Shown: positions 37,981 through 50,300 of the stretch, one piece after another
Layout: each line of letters opens with the position of its first letter
Position numbering within the stretch: position 1 is the first letter of the stretch
Source: Macrostomum lignano
Lineage: Eukaryota
Assembly (NCBI GenBank): GCA_002269645.1
Contig: NIVC01003519.1
Coordinates: forward strand, 1 to 64,000
DNA length: 64,000 bases
Direction of reading: 5' to 3'
Program-made: the position numbers and the translations under genes
The notes under the pieces: model-generated
What the model saw: the letters and a program-made list of their open reading frames with translations, nothing else
Database searches by the model: none
What the model was told of the DNA's origin: nothing

Positions 37981-39972
37981 GCTGGATTTACTGGATTTTA
38001 TCCAGCTATATTATTTTTGTTATTATGAAATTAAGTGTGTGGAAAATGCTTGGTTTAGCATTGGAATAAAATTGAAACAGCTCAAGTTTAAGCGACTATT
38101 AGGAATAGCAAGAACAAAAATAGCAACATGAGTTTGTGCACTAATATAAAATGTGTGCTACCAGCTTGTCTATATAATATTGCCATCTGTAATAATTAAG
38201 ATTGCATTATGATTTTAAAACATAAGTAAGCTTATAGTTGTGCAGAACTAGAAAAAAATCTACAGCTCTGTTATTGAATAAAATTTTCAGCATTTAATTA
38301 TTTCTATCTGTTATTTTTAACATAAAAAAGCTAGTGTGCAGGGCGATTGTGGCAGGCGGGTTGCCACTAAACTGTAATACTTAAAACTTAATAATAATAA
38401 TTTTTCCAATTTAAATTGGTGCCCAATTCCTGGACTTTTTATTTTTATTTTTCAACGTTTGTGCCGCATTATCCTTTCCCATCGTTGCCCTTGTGCTTCC
38501 CATTGTTGTCCCTTTGGGTTGCCCTGCCGTTGAAGCGATTTTTCCTTTTGTTGATCCCTGCCATTTTGCTATCCAATGCTATGTGTTTAATTCGTCCATC
38601 TGGTTGCCCACATGTTCGCCCATCCTGTAGCCCAGCTATCCGTCCCAACCCCCGTCCCTGAATTGAGTTTAATAATTTTGCTTATATAAACTGCGGTTCT
38701 GCCGCGATGATTTTTGCTCTCTGCCTAAACTCCAACTCCACCTCCTACTCCTGTTTAAGTTGTTTATTTGGTGATAGTCTTGTCCCGCCTCCTATAACTC
38801 ACTGTTCGTTTTGTCTGGTTGCTCGGTCGATTGTTTATACGTCGCCGCCCAAAAGAATTCTGGTGCGCAAGTAATAAATCTACGCCTGCGGATAGTACAA
38901 ATAAACCAACTACTCCTATAATATAACCAATAAATAACGACGACAAGTTAATCAATAACTTCTATTTATCCGTTGACATTGCCATAGCTTATCTTAAGTC
39001 ATTTGCCCGTGGGGCGTAAAATAACCAATTAGTCTCAACTCAAAGAAAGCTCGGGGACTCTATTCGTTCCGTAATACGTAAATTACGGTGGTGGCAGCAA
39101 CTACCCTACTAAAAGTAACAAGTTCAACTCATCGACGCATTAATTTACGGAGACAGAATCTCCTGTGTTCTACAACTGAACGACCGTGCCGCTCTACGAC
39201 CGCTCCGCTACGATTACAACTACCCTCCCCCCGGACTTGAGAACCCGGCTGTCGGAGTAAAAGGAGAAGAAATTCATTGAGATTATCGGCGCGAGTTTTC
39301 CGGCTTTATTCGTGTTTCAACAACGCCGGCGGCAATTCAAACGAGGAATCCGCCCCACCTCATTGGTGTCAGCAAATTTTCAAAACCGACCGATCAATAA
39401 TTCTCTTCTTCTCCACCCCCACCTCACGATCTATAATTGTATGAGTAATAATGTTTTTAAATTCGTGCCTAAACGCTAAGTAAATAGTTTGTTATACTGT
39501 ACGATTTTCTCATAATATTTTACAAATATAATTTTTGTTTTAAATCTACGAGTAAAATGGTATAAATAGAAGCAATTTTGGTGGAGGAAGAAGAAACCTC
39601 GCGCATCGCGGTTCAATAATAAAACAGTTGATAGCTAATCGTAAGAGTTCCAAGAAAATAAGAAGTGAAGAAGTGTTTTCTGTGTTAATTCTTTTTAAGA
39701 AGTAAGAGTGAAGTAGACAGAAGTGTGTACCGTATATACTACTGAGAAGGAAAGTGTTGAGTAGTAAGAAGTTGCGAAGTAGATCTGAAGTAATATGTGT
39801 AAGAATAATGGAGGCTGTGACCCTCTGATCTCGGTAACGCCCAAGGACTTGCAAAGTACATGAAATACATATACCAGTAAGACAAAATACCGCTCAGGCC
39901 ATTATTAAATAGAACGCTACCAAAATAATCAGAAGAGTAAAATCTTTCAGGGCTAACAGTTTTTCTAAGAAT

Positions 39973-40037
39973 AATACTCAGACTAAATACTCAGACTAAA
40001 TACTCAGACTAAATACTCAGACTAAATACTCAGACCT
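39973..40037. repeat. 13-bp tandem repeat (AATACTCAGACTA)x5
   Basis: Five units read directly, in the intergenic region between the NWD-like gene and AASS. Confidence 0.9.
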
Positions 40038-41331
40038 ATTCTAAGAAACATTTCTCGGATTATTCTAAGATTGATAAACTCATAACTTATTAATAGGATA
40101 ATCCTGGTGGCAGCTACCAACCTAAGAAGAACACTTAAGAGATTAGTAAATTAGCCCTGTGATAGCTTTTGGTGACAGTGTGAAATTATTATTAAGAAGA
40201 AAGAATCACCCCTGTTACAACTTTGGTGGCATTTAGTAGGATTCTCAGTGCACAGGAAACACACCTAGTACAACTTTGGTGGCATAACGGTGAAATTCTT
40301 ATAAAGAGCCAAAAGGCCTGTAACACTAGCAAGATAATTTCAAATATGTAAATTAAATACTTGTAAAACAAATAATGCAAAAAGTATGTATTTTAAAACT
40401 ATTCTAGTAACATAGTAATTCAGCTATGAAGTCATTATTGCATAACCCAAATTCTCAGAAGTTATTCATACTTCATTAATTTTTGTGGGATTCAAATCTC
40501 TTTTTAATAATGAATGATCTGCCTTTTGGCTTGTGCTTACAAAATGTGAATGAGGCATTCGAAAGGAAGCTGTATTGTTTTAAAAATTTATCTATTTATG
40601 TGAGAGCAGAACTTTTTATTACACTTTTAAAATATTATTCGATTTGCAAAAATTACTCATAGTAATAGTAAACAAACATCTTAAGTCGACCTTAGAATGG
40701 CTTAGATAAAACGTTTATTGATTAAATAGAAAATATCCTGTGTTTGTTACGCTGTAATAGTTAGAATTTTCGAGATAAAGATAAATTCTGTCATATGAGA
40801 AGTTAAAAAAACCTTTGTGACGGTACTGCCAAACCTCATCCCCGTGTTATTGGTTGATAATTTAAATTTATACATTGAAGTCATTAAAAATTTTATGCAA
40901 ATCACCGTATCGATTTTGTTCTCCTTATTTCGTTTTCTTTAGCAACGAATGTAGAAGCGTATTAATTTTATTTTAAAATTTTATTTTAAATTTTAAAATA
41001 GATTTATTTTTGTAGTTACTTGAGCCAATCAACAGAGTTTACTTTTTTATTTATTTTTTGTTTTGTACTTTGTTAAGATGCAGTTTTCTTTGAACTGAAC
41101 TAAATTAACTGCACGAATTTAAATAAACCTACATGCTTTATTGAACTTGGCAGACCAATTGACGCCAGATAGAACTGAGACAAATTTAATGGAGCACATA
41201 TGTTGCTCTAGTTTTGCTATTATAATTACTTCTCTGTCTCTATTTAAACTACGAGTAATCGCTGCGAATTCTCTCAAACTTTACGAAGATATCTCCTAGA
41301 GTGTGGCTGAATTTTCGCCGACTGCAGTATA

Positions 41332-44300
41332 ATGCTGCAATTTCTTCGCTTGCAATGCTATCATTATCAAGCTCGTAGATTATTTGGAAATTTTGCTGGC
41401 AGAGGCAATGCTAAAAAGGTCCTGGCTATTCGACGAGAGACTATTAATCTGTGGGAGAGACGCGCTCCACTGTCGCCTAATCATGTTCGCAAACTAGTCA
41501 AAGAAGGCCTTAAAGTTATCGTTCAGCCTTCTAATCGACGAGCCTTTACGCATAATGTGAGTATATTTTTAAGCTTTTTATTTGCTACACTTTAAAGTCC
41601 TTCAGAAAATAATTATGAGTTTAAGTTTGGCTGTTTAATTTTTATTTTTCCTGCCCCCCCCCTCTAATACAGGAGTACCTTCAAGCAGGAGCCGTGATTC
41701 AAGAAGATTTATCGGAGGCACCCGTTATTATTGGTGTGAAATCGGTGCCATTGGATTATCAAAGTCTCATGCCAAATAAAACCTACGCATTCTTCTCGCA
41801 TACCATCAAGGCTCAAGAGGAGAACATGCCCCTGTTAGACACTTTACTAGAACGCAACGTTCGCTTATTAGACTACGAAAAAATGGTGAATCCCGGTGGC
41901 AAAAGAATAGTGGCTTTCGGAAAATATGCCGGCATAGTTGGTATGATCAACATTCTGAATGGATTGGGTATTCGATTGCTGGCACTAGGGCATCACACTC
42001 CTTTTATGGTAAGCCCCTTAGTTTTAGTTAACCTTGGGAAAAATGAGGTTTGTTATTTACATGTAGCCACGTGGTTTTTGCTTTCATTTTAATATCATTT
42101 TCAGCTGCTCACTCAGCACTCACTAGTCTCTTCTCTGCATGCCTTTATTTACATTTGTAAACATGTTTACGATTCGAATTTTTTTCTTTTGGATTTTCGT
42201 CTTCCTGGCTTCACAACAAGAAACTTTATTTTCTTTAGCCGCTAAGTGACCCGGCCTCGAGGCCCTCCTCAACCTGCTAAACGCGTCAAGGCCGCGCGCC
42301 ATTCATTCATACCCTTCACTCTCTACCCCTACCCCAGCGGCTCAAGAGGGTATTCAGGAGCACGCACATTAACTGTCCTAATGTACATTGAACCCCTCGC
42401 CCAGCCCCCCCCCCGATGATATGCCAATGTACATCTCGTTGCCCAAAGGACGAAGGAATGTGGGTGTGGCTTTGATGCTCTGACGGGCCGCAAGCGCCAG
42501 GTCACGTGATCATTTATTTAAAGTTTAGAATGGCACTTTATTTTATTATGGCTCGGGGCGGGGTTGCCGATCGTGGGCCGAGATACAGAGTGAAGAGAGG
42601 GAGAAGAGAGAGGTAAAATTGTGAATAGCAGCTTGAATAAAAAATGAGCCCATTCAAAAGCCACTCCTTTTCTAGTCTTCTTCAGTCAATTCAACCAGTT
42701 TTTAGTCTAAAATTCGTTGTGTTTCCTAAACAAGAAACAGTGTATAACAAGAGCCCAAGAGATTCTATTATTTAACTATTTAACTAGGCATCAAACTATT
42801 TATTTGTCCAAGACCTTCCCGCATACCCTGGTCCTTTTCATAACCTACTGCAGAGTGCAGTCTACCACTTACCAGCAAGTTGTATCTAGATATGCCATGC
42901 CTTGTAGCTACCCTTATACAATTGAATTCGCTACCTTCATTGGAGTTCTCAGACAAATGAGAAGTTATAGTTAAGTTAAATGAAGCTACTAGGCTAGAGC
43001 TATTGAGGTGGGGTTGTGGGTTCGTTTCATTTTCATTTTCTATTTTATTACTCAAACTTTCTGCTTGCGGCCTTCGTGTCTGAGGCAGTCGATTGCGCTA
43101 TCAAAGCAACCGAGAAGTTTCTTCTACGAGCTTAAGTATTTGCAGTTGCATTATTTTAAAAGTACAAGTCCAACTTTAGTATTAACATTCTCTCATGTAG
43201 CCATAGATAAATTGGAGTATTTCTTACCAACGTTAACTTATATTATAATGTCGGATATTATTCAGATTGACCTTAATTGTTAAAATAAATCTAAATCGAT
43301 TCAGTGGTTAACTATTGTACTTAATTTTTTTGATGGTAAAGGTTGAGAGGATAATGAAGTTTGAGGAAATGGAGTTTGGTGATATGAAGTGTGTGGGATA
43401 AGAAGACTCGGGGTATGAAGTTTAGAGAGTGAATTTTGGGGGTATGAAATTTGGGGGTATGAAGTTTGGGGTATGAAGTTTTGGGGGTATGGAGGTTGGA
43501 GGGATGTAAAAGTTTGAGGATATGAGTTTGGGGAATACAAAGTTGGGGTATGAAATTTGGGGGTATATAAGGTTTGGAGGGTATGAAATTTGAGGGTATT
43601 TAAGGTTTGGGGGTATGAATTTTGAGGGTATGAAGTTTGGGGGTATGGAGTTTTGGGGATATGAAGTTTGAGGATATGACGTCTAGGGTGTTTAAAGGTT
43701 GGGACATATGAAGTTTGGGCAATACGAAATTTGGGGGATATGAAGATTGGGGGATATGAATTTTGGGGGTAAAAATTTTGTGGATTAAAAAAGTTTAGTG
43801 ATTTTAGGGGTGTGTAATCTGCGGATTGAAAAAATTCCATTGACAAAGGTTTACTACTGCATTTACTTACAAGATGACGATGCATTTCCTGCTTAAATTG
43901 AAATACATTTTACTTCCGCCTTTTACTTAATATGTTGCACCAATCGACAGCACATCGGACCGGCGCACAACTATCGCAGTGTGGAAATGGCCAAACAGGC
44001 TGTCCGCGACACTGGCTACGAGATATCGTTAGGCAATTTGCCGAAATCAATCGGCAACATGGTTGTGGTGTTTACCGGTTCCGGTAATGTCAGTCAAGGC
44101 GCTCAGGATATCTTTCGCGAACTGCCATTCGAAATGGTGCAAGTTGATCATCTGCCAGATATTGTGAAGCACGGTTCCAGTTCAAAGATCTACGGTTGTG
44201 TTTGTAGTCGTTCGGATCATATTCGGCACCGCCAGACTGGCAAATTCGATCCCGAGGATTACGCTCAGAATCCTCAAAACTACATTAGCCTGTTCGCTAA

Positions 44301-47300
44301 AAAAGTGGCCCCATACGCTTCCGTGATCGTTAATGGCATCTACTGGGACCCGAAATTGCCCAGGCTGATTAGTGTGCCGGATGCTAAACTGCTGTTGAGG
44401 GAGCAGCAGGATCACAGTCCATGGCTTGAGTCTTCAGCTGGTAAGAAATCTGAAACTTGGTGTTAATATACTCACCGAACATGGAAACTGGGCGGTCACA
44501 ATTGAAGGTCTATCAGCCACTGCCCCCCCCCCCCTATGATCCATCAGCGACTGCCCCCACCATGATCCATCAGCGACTGCCCCCCCCCCTATAATCCATC
44601 AGCGACTGCCCCCCTATAATCCATCAGCGACTGCCCCCCCCCCTATAATCCATCAGCGACTGCCCCCCCTATTATCCATCAGCGACTGCCCCCCTATGAT
44701 CCACCAGGCACTGCCCCCCCCCCTATGATCCATCAGCCACTGCCCCCCCCTATGATCCATCAGCGACTGCCCCCACCATGATCCATCAGCGACTGCCCCC
44801 CCCCCTATAATCCATCAGCGACTGCCCCCCCTATAATCCATCAGCGACTGCCCCCCGGCCCCCCCTATGATCCACCAGGCACTGCCCCCCCCCCTATGAT
44901 CCATCAGCCACTGCCCCCCCCTATGATCCATCAGCCACTGTCCCCTTGTTCTATTATTGTAGACAAAATTTTTAAGAACATTTCATTTTTGTAGCAGGCG
45001 ATTTGTATTAAATTTAAATCACTTTAGCAGCAACTGAGCAAGTTTAAATTTAAACAGAAAAAATAGTTTTATATTCTGTTTACAGGTTGTCCCCAGCTGC
45101 CACATCGAATGCTGGCCATCTGCGACATCAGCTGCGATCCCGGAGGGTCAATAGAGTTCATGAAAGAGATCACCACAATTGATAAACCATTCTGTCTCTA
45201 TGATGCTGAACAGAATATGAGCTACGATCAGTGAGTGCCTATTATAGAAATGGCGATTTAAAAAATGAAGTTCTCAATACTCTAGTCACTGTGATCAGTA
45301 GTCTGAACTGTTGTCGTTTTTTAACAACCTTGCCTTGTTTTGACTAAAGCCTTCGAAGGAATCGCCCCTTAGGCTCCTTAAAGAATCGCCCCTAAGCCTC
45401 CTTAAAGAACCGCCCCTAAGCCTCCTTAAAGAATCGCCCCTAAGCCTCCTTAAAGAATCGCCCTTGAGCCTCCTTAAAGAATCGCCCTTAAGCCTCCTTA
45501 AAGAATCGCCCCTAAGCCTCCTTAAAGAATCGCCCTTAAGCCTCCTTAAAGAATCGCCTCTAAGCCTCCTTAAAGAATCGCCCTTAAGCCTCCTTAAAGA
45601 ATCGCCCTTAAGCCTCCTTAAAGAATCGCCCTTAAGCCTCCTTAAAGAATCGCCCTTGAGCCTCCTTAAAGAATCGCCCCTAAGGCTCCTTAAAGAATCG
45701 CCCCTAAGTCTCCTTAAAGAATCGCCCTTAAGCCTCCTTAAAGAATCGCCCCTAAGCCTCCTTAAAGAATCGCCCTTAAGCCTCCTTAAAGAATCGCCTC
45801 TAAGCCTCCTTAAAGAATCGCCCCTAAGCCTCCTTAAAGAATCGCCCTTAAGCCTCCTTAAAGAATCGCCCTTAAGCCTCCTTAAAGAATCGCCCTTAAG
45901 CCTCCTTAAAGAATCGCCCTTAAGCCTCCTTAAAGAATCGCCCTTGAGCCTCCTTAAAGAATCGCCCCTAAGGCTCCTTAAAGAATCGCCCCTAAGTCTC
46001 CTTAAAGAATCGCCCTTAAGCCTCCTTAAAGAATCGCCCCTAAGCCTCCTTAAAGAATCGCCCTTAAGCCTCCTTAAAGAATCGCCTCTAAGCCTCCTTA
46101 AAGAATCGCCCTTAAGCCTCCTTAAAGAATCGCCCCTAAGCCTCCTTAAAGAATCGCCCCTAAGCCTCCTTAAAGAATCGCCCTTGAGCCTCCTTAAAGA
46201 ATCGCCCTTAAGCCTCCTTAAAGAATCGCCCCTAAGCCTCCTTAAAGAATCGCCCTTAAGCCTCCTTAAAGAATCGCCCTTAAGCCTCCTTAAAGAATCG
46301 CCCTTAAGCCTCCTTAAAGAATCGCCCTTAAGCCTCCTTAAAGAATCGCCCCTAAGGCTCCTTAAAGAATCGCCCCTAAGTCTCCTTAAAGAATCGCCCC
46401 TAAGCCTCCCTAAAGAATCGCCCCTAAGCCTCCTTAAAAATTCGTTTCTAAGCCTCCTTAAAGAATCGCCCCTAAGCCTCCTTAAAGAATCGCCCTTGAG
46501 CCTCCTTAAAGAATCGCCCCTAAGCCTCCTTAAAGAATCGCCCCTAAGCCTCCTTAAAGAATCGCCCTTGAGCCTCCTTAAAGAATCGCCCTTAAGCCTC
46601 CTTAAAGAATCGCCCCTAAGCCTCCTTAAAGAATCGCCCTTAAGCCTCCTTAAAGAATCGCCCCTAAGCCTCCTTAAAGAATCGCCCTTGAGCCTCCTTA
46701 AAGAATCGCCCCTAAGGCTCCTTAAAGAATCGCCCCTAAGTCTCCTTAAAGAATCGCCCCTAAGCCTCCTTAAAGAATCGCCCTTGAGCCTCCTTAAAGA
46801 ATCGCCCCTAAGCCTCCTTAAAGAATCGCCCCTAAGCCTCCTTAAAAATTCGTTTCTAAGCCTCCTTAAAGAATCGCCCTTGAGCCTCCTTAAAGAATCG
46901 CCCCTAAGGCTCCTTAAAGAATCGCCCCTAAGTCTCCTTAAAGAATCGCCCTTAAGCCTCCTTAAAGAATCGCCCTTAAGCCTCCCTAAAGAATCGCCTC
47001 TAAGCCTCCTAAAGCATCGTCTCTAAGCCTACTAAATAATCGTCTCTAAGCCTCCTAAAGCATCGTCTCTAAGCCTACTAAATAATCGTCTCTAAGCCTC
47101 CTAAAGCATCGTCTCTAAGCCTCCTAAAGCATCGTCTCTAAGCCTCCTAAAGCATCGTCTCTAAGCCTCCTAAAGCATCGTCTCTAAGCCTCCTAAAGCA
47201 TCGTCTCTAAGCCTCCTAAAGCATCGTCTCTAAGCCTCCTAAAGCATCGTCTTTAAGCCTCCTAAAGCATCGTCTCTAAGCCTCCTAAAGCATCGTCTCT

Positions 47301-50300
47301 AAGCCTCCTAAAGCATCGTCTCTAAGCCTCCTAAAGCATCGTCTCTAAGCCTCCTAAAGCATCGTCTCTAAGCCTCCTAAAGCATCGTCTCTAAGCCTCC
47401 ATAAGAATCGACATTCACCCTTCCAGAGATGCATGTGGGAAAATTATAGAAAAAGATGGGTTTTTCTGTAAAAAAATTTTTCAGTTTCTCAGGCCCTGGC
47501 GTGATAATCTGCGCTGTGGACAACATGCCGGCTCAAATGCCCCGGGAGAGCACCGAGTTTTTCGGCTCGCTACTGATGCCATATGTCTACGATATTGTGA
47601 GTCTTTGGGGTAGACTCTAAATCCCCATTCCAGTAGTCTCCAATGGGATAATTGGGATCTCAGACTCTAAATCCCCATTCGAGTAGTCTCCAATGGGATA
47701 ATTGGGATCTCAGACTCCAAATCCCCATTCGAGTAGTCTCCAATGGGATAATTGGGATCTCAGACTCTAAATCCCCATTCGAGTAGTCTCCAATGGGATA
47801 ATTGGGATCTCAGATTCTAAATCCCCATAGTATAGTGTTTCGAAGTTCTTTTAAGGATATGCAATCAAAATCCTAATTCTCATTTCCAATTCAGATGTCT
47901 TCTGACGCCAAGCAGCCATTCGACAAATGGGAAGCTGATCCCATTGTCAAAAATGCCGTCATTACTTCTAACGGCTCTTTGACTCCGAATTTCGAGTACA
48001 TTGCCGAACTTCGCGACGCCAAGCGCAAGCAGTCGGCTGGCAGAGCTCGATCCAGACAGGCCGTGAAGCACCGGCTGCTGGTGCTGGGCTCGGGGCATGT
48101 GGCTGGTCCGCTGGTGGAGTATCTGCAGAGGGATGCGAGCTTGCAGATCACCATTGGTGAGTGCACTGACTGACTGACTGACTGACTGACTGACTGACTG
48201 ACTGACTGACTGACTGACTGACTGACTGACTGACTGACTGACTGACTGACTGACTGACTGACTGACTGACTGACTTGAGTGAGTGGGTGACTCACTGACT
48301 GACTGACTGACTGACTGACTGACTGACTGACTGACTGACTGACTGACTGACTGACTGACTGACTGACTGACTGACTGACTGACTGACTGACTGACTGACT
48401 GACTGACTGACTGACTGACTGACTGACTGACTGACTGACTGACTGACTGACTGACTGACTGACTGACTGACTGACTGACTGACTGACTGACTGACTGACT
48501 GACTGACTGACTGACTGACTGACTGACTGACTGACTGACTGACTGACTGACTGACTGACTGACTGACTGACTGACTGACTGACTGACTGACTGACTGACT
48601 GACTGACTGACTGACTGACTGACTGACTGACTGACTGACTGACTGACTGACTGACTGACTGACTGACTGACTGACTGACTGACTGACTGACTGACTGACT
48701 TGAGTGAGTGGGTGACTCACTGACTGACTGACTCACTGACTCACTGACTGACTCACTGACTGACTCACTGACTGACTCACTGACTGACTGACTCACTGAC
48801 TCACTTACTGACCATAATGACAGGCCAACTCGATCCAAACAACTGCTTTTAAACGGAGTTTCCCTCATTTAACTTGCCATTTCCTTTCCTTCCTCAGCCT
48901 CCAACATCCGTCCAGACGTGGAGTCGATGGCATCCAAGTACAACTGTCAGCCCGTATTCGCGGACGTGAGCAGTCAGCCGGACGTGATCGAAGGTCTCAT
49001 AGCGGATCACAGCCTAGTGGTGAGCCTGCTACCCTACAGATTTCATCCGAGGGTGTTGAAGATGTGCCTGCGAGCGAGGCGCAATCTAGTCACGGCCTCC
49101 TATGCCACCGACGAGATGCGGGAGCTGAGCAAAGAGGCCAAGGAGGTCGGCATAACGGTGTCCATGGAGAATGGGTTGGATCCCGGCATTGATCACCTGC
49201 TGGCTATGGAAGCTATCGAGTCTATTAAAGAGCACGGCGGAATTATTGACAAGTGAGTCCGTGCTCAGATATATGCCTAGGCACAGTATACCCGGTCGTA
49301 ATTATCCCCGATAAAAGTATCCCCCATAAACATATCCTCCATACCCGAAAAATATGTATAATGGAATATCCTCATTATAACATTAATATTACTTTTTGCA
49401 GAGCATCAATGTAGAATTTTATGAGGGCGCTTACGGAGCAGCTTACGCGCCCTCACAAAATTCTACATTGATGCCCCGCAAAAAGTAATGTTTATATTAT
49501 TGTCATTAATGCAAGAGATTTCCGGGCATCAATGTCGAAAATTCCGGGCTCTGTGTTATTACATAGAATGCAGTTGAAATGTCTATGGCCATTCTTTCTT
49601 TTGATTTGCGAGCTCTGGGCCATAGACGAAGTTTTGATGGTCCAGGTCTAGAGATGGACAGTAAAACTGAAGGAGCTAGAAAAATGCTAAATGTATTTTT
49701 TTCAAATCTGTCAGGACTAAGCTTGAGTTCTGAAAATGATTAACCGTTTAATTAATTATTCCAATCTGCCGGGAGAAATGGTTTCCGGTATGTCGACCGA
49801 AGAGCTGGCGCGTGGGTATCATCCGAGTCGAACAGCCGGTATTTGGAGGAACTGAGCGAAGAATTTGCGCGCAAGATCGAATCAGAAGAGATTCTCGAAG
49901 GAGGACGTGATGCAAGAGTTGAATCAGCTTGAACGAGATGGAATACCGGACTCCTCCGCCCGGCAGATGGAGGACAATGTGAGCCGCTTCAAGACTTTTC
50001 TGGAAGAAATGAAACTGTCAACGGATCTGCTGCGAATTCCAAAGTCGATTCTGGCTAATTATTTGCGTTTCTTCTATTCGACACTGCGAACAAAGGACGA
50101 GCGGTACTATGCTCCAGCAAGTCTCATCTGCATTAGAGCCGGACTGTATCGCTTCTTCTGTCTCAGTCGCCCAGAGATTAACATTAACATTAACTTCTGC
50201 TGTTATTTGTTTGCCTCTGTTTCACACTGTTATTCTATTTCGCTCTATTACTGAAATAGAAAATACCATAGACAATTCAAGGCACGAATTGCCACATTGA

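Noticed and set aside
45464-47026. 520-aa ORF of SLLKESPL repeats
   Set aside because: It is the translation of a 24-bp intronic satellite lying between phase-consistent AASS exons 4 and 5.
47891-48868. SQSV-repeat ORFs and other repeat-derived ORFs (57120-57881, 59850-60703, 55715-56437, 30455-31666, 58409-59191, 75-755)
   Set aside because: All coincide with micro- or minisatellites or GA tracts, and are open only because the units lack stop codons.
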